Below the pieces are notes generated by a model, which made no database searches, was not told where the DNA came from, and worked only from the letters and a program-made list of their open reading frames with translations. DNA of 64,000 bases from a virus (lineage: Duplodnaviria > Caudoviricetes). Positions 51,654-60,021 of the stretch are shown here, in pieces (positions within the stretch are counted from its first letter, which is position 1; each line of letters begins with the position of its first letter). The position numbers and the translations under genes are program-made. Location of the stretch: positions 24,718-88,717 of IMG/VR virus record IMGVR_UViG_3300028805_000089; one strand, 5' to 3'.

Positions 51654-52894
51654 TACCGGCCTCCCATCTCCCGCAGCATTTCAACGCATTCCTTTAGTAT
51701 GCGCATCGCCTGCCGCACCTCGTCCCTGGTGTTCAACGCCCCGGCACTCAGCCGCACGGTCCCGTGCAGATATTCCTCCGGCACCTTCATCGCCCGAAGC
51801 ACATGACTGCTCTCAGCCGTTCCTGCCGTACATGCGCTTCCTGCGGAGCATATTACGCCCCGGTTCTCCAGCATTGTGATGAGCGCTTCGTTCTCAACGT
51901 CCTTGAACCCGACGCTGACGATCCCGCCCTCCGCGCACGGTTCCCCGTTGATCCTTGCGTCTGGTATATCCGCGATCCCGGCGATCATCTCGTCCGTCAT
52001 CCCGGACAGACCGCCCCACTCGCAAAAGGCCCGTTCGTTCTTCAGCGCCTCTGCCATGCACACCGCCGCCGTCACGTCCTCCGTCCCCGGTCTGCGTCCA
52101 AGCTGCTGCGCTCCGCCCTCCATCAGATTTGCGACCGCCGCGCCGTTCCGGATATACGTTATACCTCGCCCCTTCCCGGCGTGGAACTTATGGCCGCTGG
52201 CGGTCAGCATATGGCATCCGATGTCGTTCACGTCGATGAACAGCTTGCCCAGCGCCTGCGTCGCGTCCACATGGAACAGGATGTCGCGTTCCTTCAGGAT
52301 ATCACCGATTTCCCAAACCGGATTCAGCACGCCGGTCTCGTTGTTCACCATCATTACGCTGACAAGGATCGTGTTGTCCTTTATCGCGTTCTCAACGTCC
52401 GATGTCCGTACCTCGCCGCTCTTTTCGTCCACCGGCAGATACGTCGCTTCGCACAAGCCCCGCTCCACCAGCGCCTTTACCACGTTCAGCACGCTGTGAT
52501 GCTCGGCCTCGTCCGTAATGATATGCGGCAATACGTTCGGAAAAGGGGAATTATCAGCGTCGCTGTTTTTGCCTTCCCCGATTGGGGAAGGTGGCACCGA
52601 CCGAAGGGAGGTGACGGATGAGGTTCCCCGTTCCCGTCCTTCCATCCACGCTTCCACCGCGCCCCGAATGCACCAGTTGTTCCCCTCTGTCGCCCCGGAC
52701 GTAAAGTAAACCTCTCCGTCCTCCGCGCCAATCTCGAACGCGATATCTCTCCTCGCCTTATCGATCTTCTCCCGCGCTTTTCTTCCTTCTTCGTTCAGCG
52801 CGTGCGCGTTTCCGTATACCTCGTTCGCCATCCGCGCCGCCGCCCTTACCTCCGGCGTCATCTCCGTCGTCGCGGCGTTATCAAGATAGATCAC
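51653..52894 (-). CDS. iscS: cysteine desulfurase (IscS/NifS/DndA family)
   Basis: YLDNAATT, FTSGATE, EHHSV, NNETG, HVDATQ, SGHK (PLP Lys), SAGSAC (catalytic Cys). Confidence 0.93.
   Translation of the reverse strand: MIYLDNAATTEMTPEVRAAARMANEVYGNAHALNEEGRKAREKIDKARRDIAFEIGAEDGEVYFTSGATEGNNWCIRGAVEAWMEGRERGTSSVTSLRSVPPSPIGEGKNSDADNSPFPNVLPHIITDEAEHHSVLNVVKALVERGLCEATYLPVDEKSGEVRTSDVENAIKDNTILVSVMMVNNETGVLNPVWEIGDILKERDILFHVDATQALGKLFIDVNDIGCHMLTASGHKFHAGKGRGITYIRNGAAVANLMEGGAQQLGRRPGTEDVTAAVCMAEALKNERAFCEWGGLSGMTDEMIAGIADIPDARINGEPCAEGGIVSVGFKDVENEALITMLENRGVICSAGSACTAGTAESSHVLRAMKVPEEYLHGTVRLSAGALNTRDEVRQAMRILKECVEMLREMGGR
52571..52636 (+). repeat. palindromic element copy 4, inserted in frame within the cysteine desulfurase gene
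   Basis: Encodes GTSSVTSLRSVPPSPIGEG on the - strand. Confidence 0.8.
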
Positions 52895-53156
52895 TTGCTA
52901 TCCTCACTTCCCTTATTCCGTATCGTTTCATCGCTCTTTGTATGTCCCGCGTCCAGTCGTCCCTGTCCGTGTGCCGGTTTGAGAAGATCAGCCCGTCCGG
53001 CAGCCCTTCTCCCGACGCCATAAAAATGTGCGCCCGCATTACGCCCCCGCTGTCCGCGTCCTTAATACACCACCCGCAGCCACCGCCGGAAACAGCATTC
53101 AGCGATGATTCGCGTTCCGCAGGAAGAAGGCGAATATACGCCCCCCCGCGTGGGAA

Positions 53157-54239
53157 TTACTGGATTTTTCCGATATCGAGCCAGTAGAGGAACACCCGCA
53201 TGGGCATGTCGAAGCACCGTTTCCATTCGTATTCTTCAACTCCCCTTGTACCATTCCATCCATTTCTCGGCGGAAAGTCTCCCGATACCCCCCCCACATT
53301 TTCCAATAACTGGATACTCTCAAACCGCTCGTCATCCTCCGCTTCCAGGGGATACGCCGCCGCGTATTCCGGCTGCAGTATCTTAATCTGTCCCGGATGA
53401 TTCTCGATCATCTTTTCAAACGCCCGAATGTACAGTTCCTTGTACCTCGGCCACCGTTCAAATTCCCGTTCCATGTTCTTCCGTCCGCTGAGCGGGCATC
53501 CGATGCACCCCAGCCTTGTGAATCCCTCGTCGTATAATTCGCAGTAGGGGAGACCGTAGGCGAAAATAAAGTCCCACACGTCCCGTTCCGTCCATTTGAT
53601 GATGGGGTTCAACAACGTCTTCCGCGTCCGGTAGCACTGTTCTACCATTCTGCGGCTTTCGTTGTTGTCGTTGTTCAAAATCACGCCGCCGCTTTTGTTC
53701 GTCCCGTATTCCACGTTCAGCCGCTCCGCGACCTTCCGTGTGCTTACGGGCTTGTTCTGGAAGTCCACCACGCCGTGGTTGTTTTTTCTGTTGGCGCTTT
53801 CCGCCCACCGGACGCCCGTTACCGTCACCCGGCCCGCCTCGTTGCTTTCCTTCAGTGCGCTGCAACAGTACCTTGCCATCCGCGTCGGCGGCAGCGTGTG
53901 CTGGGCGATCAGGGTCCACATTGAAACTCTTTTCCCGTTCCTGTCGCGTGGATAATCCCAGGTTACGTCCGGATGATATTGCCTGATGTACTTCATCAAC
54001 TCCGGCGGGTCCACGCTCGTCACACTGTAATGCGCCTCGTAGTCCACTTCCGCCAGGTCCGCGATCTTCTTCAGTGCAATCGAATCCTTCCCGCCGGAAA
54101 ACGCTAACCAATATTTGTCAGGCGGTGGGGGGGTGAACGTTTTCAAAAACCTTACGCTCTCCCGCACCTTCGCCTTCAGTTCGTCGCTCATATCCTCTGG
54201 CCTGTGCGGTGTAGACATATCAACAATAGGCATTCCCAC
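53157..54239 (-). CDS. PAPS-reductase-family (PP-loop, Fe-S) protein
   Basis: AFSGGKDS, RYCC..LKE, GVRWAES, NPIIKW, RLGCIGCP. Confidence 0.88.
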   Translation of the reverse strand: MGMPIVDMSTPHRPEDMSDELKAKVRESVRFLKTFTPPPPDKYWLAFSGGKDSIALKKIADLAEVDYEAHYSVTSVDPPELMKYIRQYHPDVTWDYPRDRNGKRVSMWTLIAQHTLPPTRMARYCCSALKESNEAGRVTVTGVRWAESANRKNNHGVVDFQNKPVSTRKVAERLNVEYGTNKSGGVILNNDNNESRRMVEQCYRTRKTLLNPIIKWTERDVWDFIFAYGLPYCELYDEGFTRLGCIGCPLSGRKNMEREFERWPRYKELYIRAFEKMIENHPGQIKILQPEYAAAYPLEAEDDERFESIQLLENVGGVSGDFPPRNGWNGTRGVEEYEWKRCFDMPMRVFLYWLDIGKIQ

Positions 54240-54246
54240 AACTCCT

Positions 54247-54441
54247 TTATATCTTCTTGAATTCCCATTCTGTCTTCCCGGTCATGATCCTTAGTCCGAT
54301 CCTTACCATGGTCCATCCGACATTCTTTATCCACGTCGGTCTTTGCATTTCCCTGTGTGTCCGCATCTGAACGGTCCCGTGGCCAAAGTGCATCATGATT
54401 GTCAATCCCCGGATTCCCGGTCTTTCAGTCTCTCTATCCAT
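54247..54441 (-). CDS. small hypothetical protein
   Basis: 64 aa ORF, start uncertain. Confidence 0.45.
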   Translation of the reverse strand: MDRETERPGIRGLTIMMHFGHGTVQMRTHREMQRPTWIKNVGWTMVRIGLRIMTGKTEWEFKKI

Positions 54442-54683
54442 CTCGCAAGTTTCCTGTTCCTTATGTCGCGTATCCTGTCGCAGTCCTTCAGCGCTACCTG
54501 CTCCAGGTACAGTTCCACATCGGCCACCTCTTCGTCGAAGGCAAGCAGCGCGTCCTGTACGCTGACCGGCGTAGGATTCTTTCCGTTCAGCACACGCCGC
54601 AGCTTCAGCGCCGCCTGGGCCAATTCACTCGCTTCCTCCGCGACTCCCGCAAGCAGTTCGTCCTGCGTCAGGAAGTCCGTCAC
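54402..54683 (-). CDS. MazG-like all-alpha nucleotide pyrophosphohydrolase
   Basis: EEASELAQA...EEVADV acidic motif. Confidence 0.65.
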   Translation of the reverse strand: MTDFLTQDELLAGVAEEASELAQAALKLRRVLNGKNPTPVSVQDALLAFDEEVADVELYLEQVALKDCDRIRDIRNRKLARWIERLKDRESGD

Positions 54684-54684
54684 T

Positions 54685-55038
54685 TTATATTTTTCCGTTT
54701 TCGCTCACCTCCAGTTTCTGCAGCCAGTCCCGGAACTTCAGCCAACCGGGCCTGTCGATTTTCGTATCGCCCAGATAATCTATCGTTATCGTTTTCCCTT
54801 CCGAAAGTTCACGCGTTGATATTTTGTCGTTCTCTTCGATATCCCGCAGAATCGTTGTCTTCACGTTCTCCGTGACCGCCTGCGGATACCTCATGATAAA
54901 GCCCTGCACTAAAGACGGCATGTAACTTTGCCGCCCGATGGCATACCGCACCGCGCAGATCATCAGCGCACCGAATTCGCTTACATCGTCACCCTTAATC
55001 GTTATGCTCTTCCTCTTCTTCTTTGCTGGCGTCAACAT
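54685..55038 (-). CDS. hypothetical phage protein
   Basis: ICAVRYAIGRQSYMP motif; 117 aa. Confidence 0.7.
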   Translation of the reverse strand: MLTPAKKKRKSITIKGDDVSEFGALMICAVRYAIGRQSYMPSLVQGFIMRYPQAVTENVKTTILRDIEENDKISTRELSEGKTITIDYLGDTKIDRPGWLKFRDWLQKLEVSENGKI

Positions 55039-55321
55039 TTCCGTCTTCTCCTTCCGATTTCTTAAACGTTTCCAACATGATCTTCAGCGCGTCCCGTTCG
55101 GCCTGCAGCTTCTTCAGCTTCTTCCGGGCCGTACACTCCGTGCCGCAGTAGCTTTCCCTGCGGCACATCTCGCAATGGCCTCCGCTCTTCCATTGTTCTG
55201 TACCGGCGTTTACTCGGTCGCCGCTGACTTTGCCGCTGCCGACTGATTCCTGTGCCGTAGGATTGATATTCACGTCCTGCATTGCGTTTTTTAATGCTTC
55301 GCTGATTTCCTTCGCTTCCAA
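54995..55321 (-). CDS. hypothetical protein
   Basis: CEMCRRESYC motif. Confidence 0.65.
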   Translation of the reverse strand: MEAKEISEALKNAMQDVNINPTAQESVGSGKVSGDRVNAGTEQWKSGGHCEMCRRESYCGTECTARKKLKKLQAERDALKIMLETFKKSEGEDGNVDASKEEEEEHND

Positions 55322-55333
55322 TCCCGTTCCTCC

Positions 55334-55609
55334 TTATTCCGGCCTGATCTTTACGGATACGATTCTGTCTGTTTCTATTGTAAACAGGTCGCTGTAATAA
55401 TCGCCGTTCTTCTCAAGCCTTTCCGTCCGGTGATCCGCGCTTCCTTCCCGAAGCACCTTCACCTTCCACGCGCCCTCATCGTACTTCACTTCGATCTCCG
55501 TACCGTCATCAAACTCAATATTCACAATCTGCCCGTAGCAGCCTATCTCATCCTGCCAGTCTCCATCGATCTCTATTAGGTCATCGCTCCAGCCGCTTAC
55601 CTGTATCAT
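55334..55609 (-). CDS. hypothetical phage protein
   Basis: MIQVSGWSDDLIEIDG start; 91 aa. Confidence 0.7.
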   Translation of the reverse strand: MIQVSGWSDDLIEIDGDWQDEIGCYGQIVNIEFDDGTEIEVKYDEGAWKVKVLREGSADHRTERLEKNGDYYSDLFTIETDRIVSVKIRPE

Positions 55610-55785
55610 TCGCCTTTTCCCTCCGCTTTGCCGTTCTTTGCGTTTGCTGCCTTTTCCAGTTTGAGATACAGTTCATAGCAATCGTGACACACCATTCTCG
55701 CGTACAGCGTATCGCCATGCCATAAAGGCATCATCGTCAAATAATTTTCTTTCCCGCATATGGAACATTTACCCTTCGTTGGCAT
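55606..55785 (-). CDS. small Zn-finger protein (59 aa)
   Basis: CSICG...CHDC; overlaps both neighbours. Confidence 0.6.
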   Translation of the reverse strand: MPTKGKCSICGKENYLTMMPLWHGDTLYARMVCHDCYELYLKLEKAANAKNGKAEGKGE

Positions 55786-56026
55786 TGTCCGTTTCCGTCA
55801 CCTGCGCTTTGTCTTGTATTTCGCCCTCCGGTTCCTGCGCTTCGTTCTGTATTTCGTCTCCGGGTTCCTGCGGATGCTTGTCCCGGAATTTATGCGTTCT
55901 GTTCTCTCTGCAATACGGACACCAGTTATGGTTTCTGCACAACGGATCTATGGCCTTCGATCCCCTGTACGGTTTCCTGTGTTCCTTCCCGTGGGCTATC
56001 GCTTTATCCAGAGACATCAGTTTCAC
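55769..56026 (-). CDS. hypothetical protein
   Basis: CRNHNWCPYC motif. Confidence 0.7.
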   Translation of the reverse strand: MKLMSLDKAIAHGKEHRKPYRGSKAIDPLCRNHNWCPYCRENRTHKFRDKHPQEPGDEIQNEAQEPEGEIQDKAQVTETDNANEG

Positions 56027-56301
56027 CTCCTTTGAGTTCCCTTAAAGGCCCCATTCCCGGGGCGATGCTACTGAGGAACATCGTACATACGGTTGTATGC
56101 GTCTATTGTTTCCTGCATAACATCACCCCCTTTACTTAAAGCCTCCTTTATCTCAATAAGCGGACACCGCTTGTCTCGCTCCGTGAATATATTGCATTCG
56201 TCGTCTATCGCATCTCTCATAACCATGCAGTAATAATCACATTCCAGAGGGCACGCCACGCAGGATTCCGGCATTTCAATCTCAACTATCGCTCTGGTCA
56301 T
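56023..56301 (-). CDS. Cys-rich protein; TAG at codon 78, probably read through to TGA (92 aa)
   Basis: MPESCVACP..C..RCPL; readthrough ends at the TGA inside the next RBS (AGGAGGTGA). Confidence 0.6.
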
Positions 56302-56545
56302 TCCATTTCACCTTCCTGCCGCATTGCGAACAGTAGTTATAATATCTTCCCATAGGATAATTACACTTCCCGCATAAGTACATGTCGCTCCATGCTGGAC
56401 TGAGCGGACTGACAGGTTCTATCGCGTCCTGCCTTTCCAAAGCTTCTATCGCCATGTCGAACGCCGCCGCGTATTCCATCGGATAATTCCATTCCACCTC
56501 CGCGACGGCGGTTCTGATTATTTCAATCGCTTCCTGATTATTCAT
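56282..56545 (-). CDS. Zn-ribbon protein
   Basis: CGKC...YCSQCGRKVKW. Confidence 0.7.
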   Translation of the reverse strand: MNNQEAIEIIRTAVAEVEWNYPMEYAAAFDMAIEALERQDAIEPVSPLSPAWSDMYLCGKCNYPMGRYYNYCSQCGRKVKWNDQSDS

Positions 56546-56729
56546 TCTTTTCAGTCTCCGTTCGTCTCCTGTACTGCGCAGGTGATTCCCGCTGTTTACA
56601 TCTTTGAAATTCCTGCCGTCCGTCCCATAGTGTGACCACGCTGTGCCACGACAGTTCGATTTTCTTTGCGGTACACTTCCCATCGTCATTGAACCGGCAG
56701 CCAACATCGGCACACACAACCTTGCTCAT
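56538..56729 (-). CDS. small Cys-rich protein
   Basis: C...GC.FN..GKC. Confidence 0.6.
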   Translation of the reverse strand: MSKVVCADVGCRFNDDGKCTAKKIELSWHSVVTLWDGRQEFQRCKQRESPAQYRRRTETEKNE

Positions 56730-57130
56730 TCGCTAACCTCCGGCGCCGACGGCATCGGCCTCCAATGAGTGATCGGTCCATACCAGTCCGGGTCCAATAA
56801 TACTCCGCCGCCTGGTGACCATATATACCAATTCTTATCTTCGTGCATTGAAGCCGCCCAAATGTTTTTATAATGCGGCGTATATACAAGCACCGCATGA
56901 CGGATTTCCGGCATCCGGTCTTCGACGCTGACCCAGCCGCCGACGGTCGGCATATTGTCGGCAACATCCATTGCTTCAGCAAAGGTCCCAAGTACGCCGT
57001 TCCAATACTCTCGTTCCGTGAATATTTCATGGTCTAAGTTTGGGTCAATCGCGTCTTTCATATAAACTTTAGCAATATACTCACGCCGTTTTATTTCCTT
57101 TACATACTCGTCAGCATCAATCGGTCGCAT
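56726..57130 (-). CDS. DUF551-family protein
   Basis: MRPIDAD; WVSVEDRMP...ITHWRPMP. Confidence 0.78.
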   Translation of the reverse strand: MRPIDADEYVKEIKRREYIAKVYMKDAIDPNLDHEIFTEREYWNGVLGTFAEAMDVADNMPTVGGWVSVEDRMPEIRHAVLVYTPHYKNIWAASMHEDKNWYIWSPGGGVLLDPDWYGPITHWRPMPSAPEVSE

Positions 57131-57136
57131 CCTGAT

Positions 57137-57295
57137 TCACCACCCTTCACGCAGTATCCACGCGCCAAACAAAATGCTCATCGCTATTTCAAACCATTCA
57201 TCTACTGATTTCCCGCTTTTCATTATTGACATTTCCATACCGCCGATTATCACAATCGAAATGCAAACTTTTAAAAGCCCCTGTATGTTAAACAT
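57137..57295 (-). CDS. small membrane protein (52 aa)
   Basis: Two hydrophobic stretches; fills the gap between neighbours. Confidence 0.5.
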   Translation of the reverse strand: MFNIQGLLKVCISIVIIGGMEMSIMKSGKSVDEWFEIAMSILFGAWILREGW

Positions 57296-57698
57296 CTTCG
57301 TTCTCCTTCGGCGTTTCCGGCATCGGCATCCAATGCGTCACCTTCGTCGTAATGTACTGCCACGAATCCCTGGACGTGCGGTTTATAAACAGTTTCTTAC
57401 CATTCCAATCCGGGCCATAATACCACCCGACATAATATCCTCCCTTTGGAGAATACAACAGCACAGGCTTTATGTCTTTCATGTTGTGGGCGCTGGCCGG
57501 TTCTGGCAATTGGTTCTTGACGCTAACCCATCCTTCGGCCTTCGGCACGGCATGCATCCTCTCAATAATTGCATACTTGATCGAGTCGAACACCTCTTCG
57601 TGCGGACGCACGTACCAATCCAACGCTGCCTTTACCGCTTCAGCACGGGTAATCAAATCGCCGCCGTTATCCATCGTAATGTTAATTTCGTCAAACAT
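57288..57698 (-). CDS. DUF551-family protein
   Basis: WVSVKNQLP...VTHWMPMPETP. Confidence 0.75.
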   Translation of the reverse strand: MFDEINITMDNGGDLITRAEAVKAALDWYVRPHEEVFDSIKYAIIERMHAVPKAEGWVSVKNQLPEPASAHNMKDIKPVLLYSPKGGYYVGWYYGPDWNGKKLFINRTSRDSWQYITTKVTHWMPMPETPKENEDV

Positions 57699-58050
57699 CC
57701 TCTGCATTTGCCTCCTCGATCCACGCGTTAACGCACGCAATCGCCTTGTCAAGCACTTCGGAAAACGTGGCTGCTTCCCAAACGTACTGCCTTTGTGGCT
57801 GCGGCCCAATAAGGTAACAGTACAGCCATATATGCCAACGCACTTCACCGTCGTTGCCGAAGAATATCTTAACGGATATCTGCCCGTCAGACATCTTTCC
57901 CGGTTCCCCGTTCCTGTGCTTCCGCTCGACTTCCTCCTGTACCTTCTCCCGAAGCAACCGGAACCTTAACCAGTCGTTTCCCCGTATCGGGGTCTCGCTC
58001 TTTAGCAGCCGTTCCACCGCGCCGTAGTCCGTCAATCTTCCCACCTCCAC
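57691..58050 (-). CDS. hypothetical protein
   Basis: 119 aa ORF in the operon. Confidence 0.6.
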   Translation of the reverse strand: MEVGRLTDYGAVERLLKSETPIRGNDWLRFRLLREKVQEEVERKHRNGEPGKMSDGQISVKIFFGNDGEVRWHIWLYCYLIGPQPQRQYVWEAATFSEVLDKAIACVNAWIEEANAEDV

Positions 58051-58355
58051 GGGTTAATGCTTATCATTACACTCTTGTCACCGTTCGCCATAACGGCATT
58101 GACAAATTCCTGCATGCCGATGTTCCGCGTTATTTTGGCATCGTGCCGTTTCAACCACCCGGACTTCTGCAGCTGCTCGACAGCCGCTTCGTCCGTCAGT
58201 TTGTCGCCAAAGGGAATCGCCTTAATCGTTTCCTCGATAAAGTCCTCAATCTTTCTGGCGAGATCGTCCCAGTAAATATACGGCTGCCCGGTTTTATCGA
58301 TATAATTATCCATCCATTCCGCGATAATTTGTCTCAACTTTGTGCAGTTAATCAT
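58032..58355 (-). CDS. hypothetical protein
   Basis: AAGGGA RBS, MINCTK start. Confidence 0.6.
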   Translation of the reverse strand: MINCTKLRQIIAEWMDNYIDKTGQPYIYWDDLARKIEDFIEETIKAIPFGDKLTDEAAVEQLQKSGWLKRHDAKITRNIGMQEFVNAVMANGDKSVMISINPWRWED

Positions 58356-58554
58356 GAATTTTCCCTTCCTTTCGTTCCATCCAGCACTCGCACTTGCTGT
58401 CGTCGTCATCAAGGCCCAGCATCCAATTCGCTACGCCCTCGTCAGCCATGGCTGTACAGATGAAACCCTTCATCCGTTCATGTTTGCATCCTCTTCGATA
58501 GTCCAGTTTCTCCAGTCTTAACCGGAACCGGCAGTTATGGCATCCGTCAGTCAT
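58348..58554 (-). CDS. small Cys-rich protein
   Basis: CHNC...C...C...CECW. Confidence 0.6.
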   Translation of the reverse strand: MTDGCHNCRFRLRLEKLDYRRGCKHERMKGFICTAMADEGVANWMLGLDDDDSKCECWMERKEGKIHD

Positions 58555-58825
58555 TCCAATTCAATTCCTTTCCGCACTTCGGACAAACCGAATAAGTCTT
58601 GTCCAGCCATAGCCCACAATTCCCGCATTCACTCTCGATTGAGCCATCAAACTGCTTAAATACAACTGACGTCTTTTGTTGTGCCTTCAGCAATTCCAAT
58701 GCGTCCTCTATTGCCCGTTCTATGTTCGCAATCGGATCGTCCAAACTGTCGGTGCGACACCATCTGTTCATAACCTTCAAACTGTCTTGCAACCTTTTTA
58801 TGGTTCCGTCCAGATTAGGCATCAC
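58547..58825 (-). CDS. Zn-ribbon protein
   Basis: CGNCG...CPKCGKELNW. Confidence 0.7.
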   Translation of the reverse strand: MMPNLDGTIKRLQDSLKVMNRWCRTDSLDDPIANIERAIEDALELLKAQQKTSVVFKQFDGSIESECGNCGLWLDKTYSVCPKCGKELNWND

Positions 58826-59048
58826 GCTTCATCATCTCCTTTGCCTTCTTCCATTGCTCGTGCATCATCTCCGCACGCTTCCGGTCTTCCTCGTCCCATC
58901 CGTGCTTTTCATACAGTTCTTCCCACGTTTCTCCGTCTCCCCATCCAAAGACAATCGCGTATATCCATGCGTCCCGCCTGCATTCGCTCCAGTCCCTTAC
59001 GCTGAAGGCAATAGCACATTCGATGCTCTCAAGCGCATTGAGCGTGAT
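58815..59048 (-). CDS. hypothetical phage protein, probable ATC start
   Basis: Open frame LESIECAIAFSVRDWSECRRDAWIYAIVFGW with an in-frame TAA just upstream and no canonical start. Confidence 0.55.
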   Translation of the reverse strand: MTLNALESIECAIAFSVRDWSECRRDAWIYAIVFGWGDGETWEELYEKHGWDEEDRKRAEMMHEQWKKAKEMMKRDA

Positions 59049-59119
59049 CGGTTATTGCCCTCATTCGGAAAACAAAATATTCCGTCGGTATTGCTCTGTC
59101 TGCTCATTCTGGCTTCACC

Positions 59120-59476
59120 TCACTCGTCATCCCACCAGTTAAATCCCTTGTCTGCGCTTCCGTATTGCAATACAGTTTTCGGATAAAACGAATCCCTGTC
59201 TCTCGGCCTATATTTGTTCGGGCATACTTTATATCCAAGTTCCAACATCTTATCGATATACTCAAACTCAACGCCGATGAACGGTTTTTGCATATCCGTC
59301 TTTCCATGACCGCAGCAGCACCCAGTCGTTTTAATTCCCAATTCCCAAAGGTGGATTATTTCCGGTAAAAGGCATTTATCGATGTTCACCATCTTTGCCT
59401 TGCCATCAACCAGCCACGGCAAATGAATGTTATATGCGCAGTCTCCAGTCCCAAATTCAATGTCCTTACATTTCAT
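59120..59476 (-). CDS. hypothetical phage protein
   Basis: IDKCL...GIKTTGCCCGHG motif. Confidence 0.7.
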   Translation of the reverse strand: MKCKDIEFGTGDCAYNIHLPWLVDGKAKMVNIDKCLLPEIIHLWELGIKTTGCCCGHGKTDMQKPFIGVEFEYIDKMLELGYKVCPNKYRPRDRDSFYPKTVLQYGSADKGFNWWDDE

Positions 59477-59741
59477 CCCACTTTATCTCCCTCCCACATC
59501 CCGGACAATACTTTCCAGCCGGAAACAAATAAGCCGTACAATTTGCACATATTCTGTTTGAACCGTAAATTTTATGTTCCGCAATCAATGGCTCCACAGG
59601 GTCGTGCCCCTTCAGCAGTTCCAACGCGTCATTTATTATCTGCGTTCTGCACAACTTATCATTCCAATAAGGACATTCCCGGCAGTCTCCTCTTGTAATA
59701 TGGTACTCAAGGCCCTTAATTACTTTTTCTCTGTCAGGCAT
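59466..59741 (-). CDS. REKVIKGL-family Zn-ribbon protein
   Basis: MPDREKVIKGL; YCPGCGREIKW. Confidence 0.72.
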   Translation of the reverse strand: MPDREKVIKGLEYHITRGDCRECPYWNDKLCRTQIINDALELLKGHDPVEPLIAEHKIYGSNRICANCTAYLFPAGKYCPGCGREIKWDEM

Positions 59742-60015
59742 CCCACTTTTTCTCCCTTCCGCAATTAGAACAATAATTCTGTTTCAAACGACCAATCAAC
59801 GCTCCACATTTCCCGCAATATGCTACATTATCAAAGCATGAGCAAATATCGTCCATTTCAAGCCTCATAATTGGTTTTACAGGTTCATGCACTTTCAGGA
59901 AATTATCGAGCAGAGATATTTCGTCATGCAATGTGGAGTATGCAGAATAGGTCATCTCGTCGTTCATTCTGAAGCCGTCCAACGCAGCAAGAACTCTTTC
60001 GATGTTTCCATTCAT
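59734..60015 (-). CDS. Zn-ribbon protein
   Basis: CGKCG...YCSNCGREKKW. Confidence 0.7.
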   Translation of the reverse strand: MNGNIERVLAALDGFRMNDEMTYSAYSTLHDEISLLDNFLKVHEPVKPIMRLEMDDICSCFDNVAYCGKCGALIGRLKQNYCSNCGREKKWDA

Positions 60016-60021
60016 CCCACT

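Noticed and set aside
52885-53150. Possible small ORF between the PAPS-reductase-like gene and iscS
   Set aside because: An open frame exists, but I could not support a start or function.
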